Source of the DNA: Candidatus Moraniibacteriota bacterium
GTDB taxonomy: Bacteria; Patescibacteriota; Minisyncoccia; Moranbacterales; UBA1568
Direction: 5' to 3'
Assembly: GCA_016699975.1 (NCBI GenBank)
Contig: CP064994.1
Location: 711,828-775,827 of the forward strand
DNA: 64,000 nt
This document shows positions 30,886-40,357 of this stretch, piece by piece; positions within the stretch are counted from its first letter, which is position 1; each line of letters opens with the position of its first letter. The notes beneath the pieces are model-generated. The model was given only the letters and a program-made list of their open reading frames with translations. It searched no databases and was not told where the DNA came from. The position numbers and the translations under genes are program-made.

Positions 30886-32070
30886 CTAGGAGCGACGCCA
30901 CGACGCTCTCCACAGCAATACCCGATCGAGAAGCGTCTTCCGAAGTTCTTTCTCTCGGATGAGTGAAACGATTCCCTCCGCAATGCGAAGACCCGCGTCT
31001 TCATGATCGAAGGTTTTCATTGCTTCTCCCATCCGGAGACGAAGCTGATCTTCCATAAGGAGTTGCTCAATTTTCCCGAACAACATATTCTCTCCGAGAT
31101 TTCCCTCTTCGAGAACGAGGGCACCGCCGACGCGCGCCATTTCGTAGGCATTCATGCGCTGTTCATCGTTTGCGGCGGACGGAAGCGGAATGAGAATGGC
31201 CGGCTTCCCTACCGCCGCGATTTCGGAAATCACATTCGCTCCCGCTCGAGAGACCACGAGATCGGCAAGAGCAAGGGCGTCGGAAAGCTCTCCGGTATCC
31301 AAGAACCCCGAGAAAAAGTATCGGCCCGAGAGATCTCCCAATGCGAGTTCATTTACTTGCTTCGTTACCTCCTCGTAATTCCCCGCACCGGTTTGATGAA
31401 TCACAAAAAACTTTTCAAGAAGGCGAGGCAAGATACGAATGAGTGCAGCATTCACCGCGCGAGCGCCGAGACTACCCCCCACAAAAAAAATCGCGAGTTT
31501 TCCTGGCGGACATCCGAATCGCTCTCGGGCGCGCGAAGCGGAACCTGTTCGAATTCCTTCGCGCACTGGATTTCCGGTAATTGCGACACGCCGCGCCTCA
31601 AAGAAGCGTGCGGCCGAGGGATACGCGACTGCGATTCGATTGGCAAATTTTCCCATGATTTTGTTGGCGACTCCTGGCGTCGCATCGGAATCATGGGTGA
31701 CGAGAGGAATGCGATATATCCACGCCGCAAACACCACCGGCACCGCCGCATACGCCCCTTTCGAAAACACCGCTTCCGGCATGTATCGGTACAGAAAATA
31801 GAGAGATTGAAAAAATCCCGCGATATTTTTGAAAATATCCGTCATATTTCGAAAGTCGAAGGGACGGCGCCATTTTCCGGAGAGCACTTTCTTCGAAGCA
31901 ATGCCCGACTCCCCGATAATCTTTTTTTCGAGCGCTCCCGTCGGACCCAGGTACAGAAACTCTGTTTCAGGTCCAAGAAGACCGCGCAGCTCCTTTGCAA
32001 TCGAAACAAGCGGAAAGATATGCCCTCCTGTTCCGCCACCCGCAAGGACGATGCGATATCGCTTTTCCAT
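30886..32070 (-). CDS. murG: undecaprenyldiphospho-muramoylpentapeptide beta-N-acetylglucosaminyltransferase
   Basis: 394 aa. N-terminal LAGGGTGGHIFP and the C-terminal ISEIAAVGKPAILIPLPSAANDEQRMNA are typical MurG motifs. Confidence 0.9.
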   Translation of the reverse strand: MEKRYRIVLAGGGTGGHIFPLVSIAKELRGLLGPETEFLYLGPTGALEKKIIGESGIASKKVLSGKWRRPFDFRNMTDIFKNIAGFFQSLYFLYRYMPEAVFSKGAYAAVPVVFAAWIYRIPLVTHDSDATPGVANKIMGKFANRIAVAYPSAARFFEARRVAITGNPVREGIRTGSASRARERFGCPPGKLAIFFVGGSLGARAVNAALIRILPRLLEKFFVIHQTGAGNYEEVTKQVNELALGDLSGRYFFSGFLDTGELSDALALADLVVSRAGANVISEIAAVGKPAILIPLPSAANDEQRMNAYEMARVGGALVLEEGNLGENMLFGKIEQLLMEDQLRLRMGEAMKTFDHEDAGLRIAEGIVSLIREKELRKTLLDRVLLWRASWRRS

Positions 32071-32110
32071 AGTACATTCTCTTTTTTTGTATCGGGATAT
32101 GAAGGAAAAA

Positions 32111-33254
32111 CTAGACTCTTTTCCCTTCCAGTGTAGATTCTTTCCCGATCCGTATCAAGATGCCCATCGCACAGAGAAGAAACACGACAGACGTCCCGCC
32201 ATAACTCACGAAAGGAAGGGGGATCCCCGTGAGTGGAATAAGGGCAGTCGCAGCGGCAATATTGATAAAAGCCTGGAAGAGAACCCACGCAACAATACCC
32301 GTTGCGACATAACGCCCGAAATCATTGGAGGCATTTTTTGCGATTCGCAGTCCTTGCCAGGCGATGAAAAGAAACATCCCCAGCAAAAGAAGAGAAACAA
32401 GGAACCCCCACTCCTCGGCAAAGACGGCAAAGATAGAATCGGTCACGGGTTCGGGAAGGTAGTTGAACTTTTTGTCGGCTGTAGCCGAGCCCTGCGCCGA
32501 ATATTCCTCCGCTTCCGATCGCTATGAGTGCCTGGTTTACCTGATATCCAGCACCCTGCGGATCAAAGTCAGGATTGAGAAAAACGAGGAAACGCTGCAA
32601 GCGGTACGGTGCCATCCGAATAAGAACGCCGAGAGACACGAGTCCCAAAACAAAAAGGCCAAAGAGGTGCATGAGCCGCGCGCCCGCCACAAAATACATC
32701 GCGAGTGCCACCAAGAAAATAAGCCCGAACGTTCCTGTATCGGGCTGCTTCAAAATAAGAAAACCAAGCAAGCCGACGATCACGAGAAACGGCACAAGAT
32801 CCTCGAAAAAATCTCCCGCGAGCGTTCGCTCCCGACGCGAAAACCACGCTGCAAGGTAAACGATAAATGAGAGTTTGGCCATCTCGGATGGCTGAAAAGA
32901 AAACGGGCCGATCGAAAGCCATCGACTCGCTCCGTAAACGCGCTCGCCAATGCCCGGCAAAAGAACCGCTACCAGCGCAAGGAGTGTCACGAAAAAAAAC
33001 GGCAGAGCAAATGTTCTCCAAAAAGAAATCGACACTCTTTGGAAAAGAAAAAAAGCGATGAGCCCTACCCCGACACCCATAAGCTGTCGCTTCAAAAAGA
33101 AGTAACCGTCTCCGAAACGAGTTTCCGCATAAAACACTCCCGCACTCGCAACAGTCAGAAGACCGATCGCCACCAAGAGGAGGACGACCGCGGAAAGACT
33201 CTTCGTATGAACAGCTCTCGAAGATTTCATGGGCATGTCCGAAATTCCTTTCAA
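32111..33254 (-). CDS. ftsW: SEDS-family peptidoglycan polymerase (FtsW/RodA), frame broken at a T5/A5 run
   Basis: The fragments 32322-33254 (...QALIAIGSGGIFGAGLGYSRQK) and 32111-32446 (TDSIFAVFAEEWGF...PLPFVSYGGTS) join at 32469-32473. Removing one base gives ...RQKFNYLPEPVTDSIFA, the conserved SEDS motif. Confidence 0.85.
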
Positions 33255-33443
33255 AAAATCTTCTCGTTACACCGCAATCACGATTCGATCGAGAAGCACT
33301 TTTGAAAATGCTCGGGCTCGTCTTTAGATATTGTTTTATTCATCGCGAGAACTTTCCAAGGAAAACGAGAGGAAGAGAAATGGAGGAGAACTGTTTCTCT
33401 TCTCGTGAAGCAGGAAACACGAAGAGCGGCAAACCAGCAAAAC

Positions 33444-34156
33444 TCACGTCGAAAAAGAGGCTTGAGGTGAATCGGCATCCTCTGTACGGGAAGAAGTTGT
33501 GCGGCGCTCAGCGCGTCGCCACGCTTCGATGGCCGCGTGATTCCCGCTTAGAAGCACGTCGGGAACACACCAGCCGTTAAAACATTCGGGTTTCGTATAC
33601 TGCGGATACTCGAGCACCCCTTCTTCGGCATGCGATTCGGTCTTGGCGCTTTCTCCATTCCCGAGCACGCCCGGAACGAGACGCGCGATTGCATCAGCCA
33701 CAACGAGCGCCGCGAGTTCACCTCCCGTCAACACAAAATCTCCGATCGAGAGTTCTTCGTCCGCAACATGCTCTGCCACGCGCTCGTCGACGCCTTCGTA
33801 TCGTCCGCAAATAAAAATAAGTTGATCGTATGCAAGAAGGCGCTTCGCATCTTTTGAGAGAAGCGCTGTCCCTTCGCCGACAAGAGGATGACTCGCGTAC
33901 GCGAAAGCTTCCCTGATTCGTTTTCCAAAGATCGAACCGCTTCAACAGCCCGGAATATCGGCTCTCCCTTAAGCACCATGCCCGCCCCCCCACCGTAGGG
34001 CGTGTCGTCCGCTTTGTGGTGCTTATCGGTCGTAAAATCACGGATATCGTGAACGGAAAAAAAGAGGAGTCCTTTCTCTTGCGCGCGCTTCAAAATAGAT
34101 TCGCCAAGATACGGCAAACACATGTTCGGAAAAAGCGTGAGAATATCGAATCGCAT
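33444..34156 (-). CDS. trmD: tRNA (guanine37-N1)-methyltransferase, frame broken at a T4/A4 run
   Basis: The N-terminus [12 protein letters not shown]...[13 protein letters not shown] and the C-terminal fragment ...[12 protein letters not shown]...[14 protein letters not shown] join at 33852-33855. Adding one base restores ...[24 protein letters not shown]. Confidence 0.85.
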
Positions 34157-34185
34157 ATCCGCATAGTATCACGCCTCTGACCGTC

Positions 34186-34219
34186 AAAAAAGAGAAACCC
34201 CTCACACGTGTGTGAGGGG
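34186..34219 (-). terminator. rho-independent terminator
   Basis: CCCCTCACAC-GT-GTGTGAGGGG, a 10-bp perfect palindrome. On the minus strand it is followed by TTTCTCTTTTTT. Confidence 0.6.
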
Positions 34220-34236
34220 ACAATTACATTTCTCTC

Positions 34237-34536
34237 CTACCTTGGGGGAGGAAATAAATAAAATGGAAACAGGGGCGGACCAAAATTATGTTGCTCACGA
34301 AGATTATTTCTTCTCATTCTCTCCCAGTTCTTTTTCCTTTGCTGTCGTATACTTTTCCAATCATCACAGTCACGGTATTCAAAGCAGCGACACCTCCAAA
34401 AGCTATCTCCATCAAGACCTCGACAGACATCTGTCCTTCGATGGCCATAATGTGGATATTCCTCCTGCCATAACGGAGAAGCAGAGGATAAAGATGTAGC
34501 CAATAAACAAAGAATACCTACAACAAAAGCTTTCAC
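34237..34536 (-). CDS. candidate small secreted protein (uncertain)
   Basis: GTG start 6 nt after AAGGAG. Signal-peptide-like KAFVVGILCLLATSLSSASP. The remainder is Cys/Arg/Trp-rich and may be out-of-frame noise. It overlaps the alternative small ORF at 34314-34448. Confidence 0.3.
   Translation of the reverse strand: MKAFVVGILCLLATSLSSASPLWQEEYPHYGHRRTDVCRGLDGDSFWRCRCFEYRDCDDWKSIRQQRKKNWERMRRNNLREQHNFGPPLFPFYLFPPPR
34314..34448 (-). CDS. candidate 44-aa hydrophobic peptide (uncertain)
   Basis: The ATG is preceded by AGGAGG 12 nt upstream. It encodes MAIEGQMSVEVLMEIAFGGVAALNTVTVMIGKVYDSKGKRTGRE, one TM helix plus a basic tail, with a G|QxSxE motif reminiscent of class III/Flp-type prepilin N-termini. 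Confidence 0.3.
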   Translation of the reverse strand: MAIEGQMSVEVLMEIAFGGVAALNTVTVMIGKVYDSKGKRTGRE

Positions 34537-34689
34537 TGTTTTCTCCTTTCCCCAAAATAAAGAGGGGAAATAAAAGTTGAAGGAACTACACGAGCATTCT
34601 CTTCGTAACAAAAAGGGGAGAGTTGTCCAGAGGACATCATTTTCTTTCTTTCCTTTTCGAGTTGTCTGTGCTGGCCTCGAGGAGCACAA

Positions 34690-34712
34690 AGAGGCGGGAC
34701 GAACCCGCCTCT
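34690..34712 (-). terminator. hairpin downstream of dnaK (AGAGGCGGG-N5-CCCGCCTCT)
   Basis: 9-bp GC-rich stem starting 30 nt after the dnaK stop. The T-tail is stronger on the plus strand (TTTTTCTCG) than on the minus strand (TTGTGCT). Confidence 0.45.
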
Positions 34713-34741
34713 TTTTCTCGTGAATCCGAAACTGATTCTCG

Positions 34742-36649
34742 CTATGCCTTCGTTTCGCGCTCTACCTCCGCATCTTTTGGCTCCCCTTCGGGCGTAGAAG
34801 GAGCTTCCGACGATCCGGCCTTTTCCGGACCCGAGGAAGTATTTTCTGATGCCGCTTTGTAGAGCTTCTCACCGATTTTCTGCGCCGCTTCGGAGAGTTT
34901 CTGCGAGGCCTTCCGAATCGATTCGAGATCGTCGCCGTTTTTCACAGCATTCAATTCGGTGATCGCTTCTTCGACCGGTTTCTTTTCATCTCCCGATACT
35001 TTGTCTCCCGCGTCGCGAAGCGCTTTCTCAGTCGTATACACCAAACTGTCTGCCATATTTCTCGTCTCAACGAGTTCCTTCTTTCGCTTGTCTTCCTCGG
35101 CATGAAGTTCGGCGTCTTTTTTCATGCGTTCGATTTCTTCTTTCGATAGTCCCGTCGACGACTCAATGCGAATAGATTGCGTTTTATTAGTTGCTTTATC
35201 CTTTGCGGTTACGGAAAGAATCCCGTTCGCGTCGATATCAAAGGAAACTTCGATCTGCGGAATGCCGCGCGGCGCAGGCGGAATGCCGTCTAAGATAAAT
35301 CGCCCAAGCGATTTGTTATCGGCAGCCGTTTCACGCTCGCCCTGAAGCACATGAATCTCGACAGAAGGCTGACTATCAGCCGCCGTCGAAAACGTTTTCG
35401 ACTGAGAGATCGGCACCGCCGAGTTCGCATCAATAATTGGCGTTCGCATTCCACCCAAAGTTTCGATCCCAAGCGTAAGGGGGGTGACATCAAGAAGCAG
35501 CACGTCTTTTACCGATCCTTTCAAGACCCCTCCCTGGATCGCCGCACCGACTGCCACCACTTCGTCGGGGTTTACCGAAATGTCCGGCTTCTTCCCAAAA
35601 AACTCTTCTACCGTTTTGAGGACAAGCGGCATCCGGGTCATCCCTCCTACCATCACTACTTCGTTGATATCGGACTTGGAAAATCCCGCGTCGTGAAGTG
35701 CCTTTTTCACGGGTTCGAGGGTTGCCATCACAAGATCGTGCACTAACTCTTCCAGTTTTGCGCGCGTAAGTTTCATGACGAGATGCTTCGGACCCGAAGT
35801 ATCGCTTGTGATGAACGGCTGGTTGATTTCAGTGTCCTGTGCGGTCGAGAGTTCGATTTTCGCCTTTTCCGCAGATTCCTTAATGCGCTGGAGCGCCAAT
35901 GGATCTTTCGAAAGGTCGATACCTTCTTGTTTTTTAAATTCATCAAGAATCCAGTGAATCACTTTTTGATCGAAGTCATCACCGCCCAAGTGGGTGTCAC
36001 CATTGGTCGATCGCACTTCTACCGTATCGGCCGCTACTTCGAGAATAGAAATATCAAAAGTTCCACCGCCAAGATCATAGACGGCGATTTTCTCATCTTG
36101 TTTCTTGTTGAAGCCGTAGGCAAGCGCCGCCGCCGTCGGTTCATTGATGATGCGCCGCACCGTGAGTCCGGCGATTTCCCCCGCTTCTTTCGTTGCCTTT
36201 CGTTGTGAGTCGTCGAAATATGCGGGAACCGTGATCACCGCTTCCGTAATTTTTTCTCCCAACCGATCTTCGGCATCAGTCTTCAGTTTTTGAAGAATCA
36301 TCGCCGAAATTTCTTGCGGGGAATATTCCTTGCCGCCCATCACCACTTTTACTCCCTCGCCTGCCTTCACGATTTTGTAGGGGAGCGTTTTGCGGTCTCG
36401 TTCCACTTCCGGGTCGTCGAATCGTCGTCCGATAAGGCGCTTGATGGAGAAAAGCGTATTCTCCGGATTCGTGACGGCCTGACGCTTCGCGAGAAGTCCC
36501 ACGAGTCGCTCACCGGTTTTTGAAATTGCCACCATCGATGGCGTCGTGCGATTCCCTTCTTTATTTTCTACGATCGTCGGAGTTCCTCCTTCGACAAACG
36601 CCATCGCCGAATTCGTCGTTCCAAGATCGATACCAAGTATTTTACTCAT
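34742..36649 (-). CDS. dnaK: molecular chaperone DnaK (Hsp70)
   Basis: 635 aa. [17 protein letters not shown] and the EEVD-less Gly/Ser-rich C-terminus. Matches Hsp70 throughout. Confidence 0.95.
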   Translation of the reverse strand: MSKILGIDLGTTNSAMAFVEGGTPTIVENKEGNRTTPSMVAISKTGERLVGLLAKRQAVTNPENTLFSIKRLIGRRFDDPEVERDRKTLPYKIVKAGEGVKVVMGGKEYSPQEISAMILQKLKTDAEDRLGEKITEAVITVPAYFDDSQRKATKEAGEIAGLTVRRIINEPTAAALAYGFNKKQDEKIAVYDLGGGTFDISILEVAADTVEVRSTNGDTHLGGDDFDQKVIHWILDEFKKQEGIDLSKDPLALQRIKESAEKAKIELSTAQDTEINQPFITSDTSGPKHLVMKLTRAKLEELVHDLVMATLEPVKKALHDAGFSKSDINEVVMVGGMTRMPLVLKTVEEFFGKKPDISVNPDEVVAVGAAIQGGVLKGSVKDVLLLDVTPLTLGIETLGGMRTPIIDANSAVPISQSKTFSTAADSQPSVEIHVLQGERETAADNKSLGRFILDGIPPAPRGIPQIEVSFDIDANGILSVTAKDKATNKTQSIRIESSTGLSKEEIERMKKDAELHAEEDKRKKELVETRNMADSLVYTTEKALRDAGDKVSGDEKKPVEEAITELNAVKNGDDLESIRKASQKLSEAAQKIGEKLYKAASENTSSGPEKAGSSEAPSTPEGEPKDAEVERETKA

Positions 36650-36709
36650 ATGACCTGCCTTTAAAGATATTAATAATCACATTTTCACTTCTCTTTCCTT
36701 TCTCTTTTC

Positions 36710-36734
36710 GTCCCTCGAAATGCTTTCGAGGGAC
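36710..36734. other. perfect palindromic hairpin between hsp20 and dnaK
   Basis: GTCCCTCGAAA-TGC-TTTCGAGGGAC (11-bp stem) with no U-tail on either strand. Possibly an intercistronic processing or stability element. Confidence 0.35.
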
Positions 36735-36752
36735 GCCGAAGAAACGGGAAGT

Positions 36753-37166
36753 CTACTTCACATTGACCGCGATTCGTTTCGGCTTCACTTCTTCCGCCTT
36801 GGGAACGGTGATGGTGAGAAGTCCCTTTTCATAGGAAGCATCCGCCCGATCGCCTTCCACTTTCATCGGAAGAATAATGGAGCGAGAGAATTCGCCGCGG
36901 TGAATTTCTTTGCGATAGTAGTCTTCGCGCTTCACCTCACTTTTCTCTTCGCTCGCGCCAGACACCGTGAGCACGTCGTTCTCAATCATGATGCTTACCT
37001 TCGTCGGATCGATATCCGGAAGTTGAAAATCAACGATCACGTTGTCTTTGTCTTGACGGATATCAACGGCGGGAGCAAACCCGCGCGCCCACACGTCTTC
37101 GTCAAAGAAACGATCAAGTTCGCGCATCGGTGACCAGTGAATAATACCTCGAGTCATAGTACTCAC
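36753..37166 (-). CDS. small heat shock protein (Hsp20/alpha-crystallin family)
   Basis: 137 aa. The alpha-crystallin domain has VDIRQDKDNVIVDFQLPDIDP...GEFSRSIILP...ADASYEKGLLTITVPK. Confidence 0.9.
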   Translation of the reverse strand: MSTMTRGIIHWSPMRELDRFFDEDVWARGFAPAVDIRQDKDNVIVDFQLPDIDPTKVSIMIENDVLTVSGASEEKSEVKREDYYRKEIHRGEFSRSIILPMKVEGDRADASYEKGLLTITVPKAEEVKPKRIAVNVK

Positions 37167-37422
37167 CTCCTTTCTAGAAAAATATTTTCATGTTTTTTAC
37201 GATCTCATGTTTCTCTCACTGCTTTCATCGAAGAGCGCCACAGTAACAGTGCGCATCTCTTTTTCGGAATGTTCTACAACAACTTGAGTGGAAGCGTGGA
37301 GCGAGAGTGAGTGAGATCCCATATTCGCCAAGAGAAATTCTTAGCCCTCTCATCCTTCTTAATGTTCTGTCCCTTCTCCAACACCTCCGCACCCTTTTCG
37401 CCGTCCCACTTTCGAATTTTCA

Positions 37423-38292
37423 TCAGCTCGTTACTACCTTCGCCGGACGAACTACACGCGTGCCGATCAGGTATCCTGGCTGAAGCATCCGAACAATCTT
37501 TCCTTCATTTCCTTCTCCTTCTCGACTCACCGCCTCGTGCCGATGCGGATCAAATTCTTCGCCTTCTTTCGCTTCGAATTTGACAAGACCCTGACGCTCA
37601 AGCATTTCTTCTATCTGCTTGCCAATATAGGTAAGTCCCGTCATCCACGAATTTTCTTTCTCACTCTCTGGGACATGGAGCGCCGCAGCGCGAAAGTTAT
37701 CGAGAATCGGTATCATCTCGAGCGAAAATCGCTCAGTGCACCGTGAAGAAAGTTCTTTCATTCGCTCCTCTTGCCGGCGTTTGTAATTTTCGAAGTCCGC
37801 AGAAATACGTTTCACATCATTCAAGTATCCATCCTCCCGGAGCCGCTCCATGGCGAGTGTCACAAAATACTTCACCATCTCTCCGTATTCTTCTGTGCTC
37901 TCCACTCCTTCGGCATTCACCCATCGATATTCGTCATACGCTACACCAAGCTGAATGTCCCCCGAGAGAAAAGAAGTAAGAGAGCCGATCACAATGACTC
38001 GTTCCCCCGAATATTCCGCCGGAAATACTCCGACAAATTTCGGAACGTCAACTTGTATATCTCCCACCGCCTTTGCTTCGATATCTCCTTCCGGAAAATC
38101 CCAGGCGCCGTACTTTTGGGCAAAAGAGGTGCTGGTATCCGCGGAGTGAAGGAGGAGAAACGCGTTTTTCTCAGCGTGAAAAATAATCAGTCTGTGTGAC
38201 ACTTCAAACAATTCCCGTTTGCTGGGGACACTCGTTTTTTCATGTGCGATTTTTGTATGCATATGTGTGGAGGTCAAAAATTTTCTGAGCAC
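37423..38292 (-). CDS. grpE: nucleotide exchange factor GrpE with an N-terminal degenerate Nudix-like domain
   Basis: The C-terminal 150 aa (ADFENYKRRQEERMKE...ILDNF...FDPHRHEAVS...GYLIGTRVVRPAKV) is canonical GrpE. The N-terminal ~130 aa (LIIFHAEKNAFLLLHSA...GAWDFPEGDIE...YRWVN) has a Nudix-fold strand pattern but lacks the REx2EE box. Alternative start at 38262. Confidence 0.85.
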   Translation of the reverse strand: MLRKFLTSTHMHTKIAHEKTSVPSKRELFEVSHRLIIFHAEKNAFLLLHSADTSTSFAQKYGAWDFPEGDIEAKAVGDIQVDVPKFVGVFPAEYSGERVIVIGSLTSFLSGDIQLGVAYDEYRWVNAEGVESTEEYGEMVKYFVTLAMERLREDGYLNDVKRISADFENYKRRQEERMKELSSRCTERFSLEMIPILDNFRAAALHVPESEKENSWMTGLTYIGKQIEEMLERQGLVKFEAKEGEEFDPHRHEAVSREGEGNEGKIVRMLQPGYLIGTRVVRPAKVVTS

Positions 38293-39035
38293 TGAGAGAA
38301 CACAACGAGGAGAAGGGTTCCCCCAGATCCGCCAATCATGCGTCGCATATATTCGAGGAGGGATTTATTCTTCGCATAGCGCATACGCTTCGGGCCGATG
38401 ATTGCCAGTACCCCGCGATCTCCGTCCGCATTTCGATATGGCGAAACCATCATGGAGCAGTTGGAGATTTCTTTAATCGGATTCTCGGCACCGATAAAAA
38501 TTTGAATCTCACCATCTTTCATTTTAAGAAGAAGCTGATCAAGCTTCTCATCAATCGAATCGAGCGCTTCGACCAATCGACAAACTTCGTCGAGCTCCCG
38601 AAACTCCGGCTCTTCGATAAGTTCCTTCATGCCGAAATCGTAGAACTCGTCGCGATTCACTACTCCCGACACCGCAAGACTCCCGGAAAGCGTCGATAAC
38701 AATTTCGCCGTCGTCCGCGCCAGTCGCGCGTTACGCGCTTCGAGGACCAAGAGTTCTTTTTTAAGTTGTGCTTCTTCTTCTTTCGAGAGCGTTTCCTCCT
38801 TCATGCCATGCTCGATATAGAAGCGGTATCCTTTGTCGGTTGGGATCCGTCCCGAAGAAACGTGCGGCTGATAGAGATACCCTTCTTCTTCGAGTGCCGC
38901 CATATCATTTCGTACGGTCGCGGCGGAAACCGGGAATTTAAAACGAGACAGAAGGGCTTCCGATCCAACAGGGAGCGCACTCTTCGTGTAGAGCTCGATT
39001 ACTCCCGCCAAAATGTCCGTTTGCCTTCGATTCAT
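38274..39035 (-). CDS. hrcA: heat-inducible transcription repressor HrcA (short form)
   Basis: 253 aa. N-terminal wHTH ILAGVIELYTKSALPVGSEALLSRFKFPVSAATVRNDMAALEEEGYLYQPHVSSGRIPTDKGYRFY. Confidence 0.85.
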   Translation of the reverse strand: MNRRQTDILAGVIELYTKSALPVGSEALLSRFKFPVSAATVRNDMAALEEEGYLYQPHVSSGRIPTDKGYRFYIEHGMKEETLSKEEEAQLKKELLVLEARNARLARTTAKLLSTLSGSLAVSGVVNRDEFYDFGMKELIEEPEFRELDEVCRLVEALDSIDEKLDQLLLKMKDGEIQIFIGAENPIKEISNCSMMVSPYRNADGDRGVLAIIGPKRMRYAKNKSLLEYMRRMIGGSGGTLLLVVFSQCSENF

Positions 39036-39055
39036 AGCCCCAGTATATCATGAAA

Positions 39056-39082
39056 TTAGCACTCGTCAAGTGTGAGTGCTAA
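39056..39082. promoter_or_regulatory. CIRCE operator (HrcA binding site)
   Basis: Perfect consensus TTAGCACTC-N9-GAGTGCTAA, 21 nt upstream of the hrcA ATG. Confidence 0.9.
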
Positions 39083-39365
39083 TTTCGTGATCTCCGGTAT
39101 TTTTGGCTTTAATAAGCCGCCGAGGAGAGCGAGGGGCAGGGTCGTACCCACCGGGAGAGAGCGAATGACACCGAAGAAGGCGGCGAAGTCCAAGGTACAT
39201 TCCTCGCAGGACACCAAAGCGCTCAAGGGACTCGCGCATATACTCGGAACACGACGGGAAGAAGCGACACACACGAAGCGGAAGTATCTTTCCAAGAGCT
39301 CCATGCTCCAAGGAAAGTGTTTTTTGGTAGAGGCGGAGAAGTGCAAGAAGAACTGCTTTCAGCAT
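39066..39365 (-). CDS. yidD: membrane protein insertion efficiency factor YidD
   Basis: LRLYQKTLS...[19 protein letters not shown]...[18 protein letters not shown] matches the YidD signature. Start taken at MLKAVLL (39365). The 3' end overlaps the CIRCE element. Confidence 0.75.
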   Translation of the reverse strand: MLKAVLLALLRLYQKTLSLEHGALGKILPLRVCRFFPSCSEYMRESLERFGVLRGMYLGLRRLLRCHSLSPGGYDPAPRSPRRLIKAKNTGDHEISTHT

Positions 39366-39443
39366 AAAAATTTCCGGAAAAAATTTCTTCGGAGCACATC
39401 GTGATATAATAAAAAAACTTTTCTCCATTCGATACGCAATTCC

Positions 39444-40351
39444 ATGAAATCACTTTCTTTCGGAAAAGTCACGTGGATTGATGTCACTGATCCGGGACCA
39501 ACCGACATCCTTCATCTTCAAGAACATTTTAATGTTCATCCTGTTGCGATCGAAGAATTTTCGACGCCAACCTATCAGCCAAAGGCACTCGGATTCGAGA
39601 ATTGCCTGTTCCTCTCAGTTCATATTCCCCTTTTAATATTGAGAGTCGTACCACCTATCCGGGCGAAGTCGACATTATTCTTACCGCTACCCACCTCATC
39701 ACGGGACACAAAAGCGACATTTTTCAGATCAATGATTTTTTCTCTTCTCTCGAAAAGATCGAAGGAAGACAAAGACTCTTCATGAGCGAGACACCCGCCC
39801 ACCTCATGTACCACTTGCTTGAAAATCTGTTCGGTTCGTGTTTCCCTCGACTCGACCATATCGCAAAAAATCTCGACGCGATCGAAGACAACGTTTTTCA
39901 TGGAAAAGAAAAAGAAATGGTCTTCGAGATTTCTGTTGTGAAGCGCGATATCCTGAATTTCCGACGCACCCTGAAGCCGCAACGCTCTATTATTGAATCT
40001 CTTTTTCAGAAGCAAAGTCCGTTTATTCCCGACGGACTCAAGGTCTATTTTCAAGATCTGATCGGCACAAACATCCGTCTGTGGAATATTCTGGAGAACA
40101 ACAAAGAAATTATCGAGTCGCTTGAAGCAACAAACAACTCCCTCCTCTCCAACAAGCTCGATCTCACAATGAAGGTGCTCACCATCTTTTCAGCGATCAT
40201 GCTGCCGATGACCGTCTACTCGAATATTCTCGCGATGAGCGCGAGCATTCCTTTCGGACACAGTCCCTACGCCTTTTGGATTCACGTGAGCATCATGCTT
40301 CTCATTTCTTGTATCACAATTGTTATTTTTCGCATGAGAAAATGGTTCTAA
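39444..40351 (+). CDS. corA: CorA-family divalent cation transporter, frame broken at a T4 run; GMN motif replaced by AMS
   Basis: The fragments 39444-39785 and 39602-40351 join at 39631-39634. Adding one T gives ...[23 protein letters not shown]. The C-terminal two TM helices ([29 protein letters not shown]) align with CorA ...LTFIAGIYGMNF. Confidence 0.8.
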
Positions 40352-40357
40352 AAAAAT

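Noticed and set aside
31003-32136. 377-aa plus-strand ORF
   Set aside because: Antisense to murG. No motifs. MurG on the minus strand is unambiguous.
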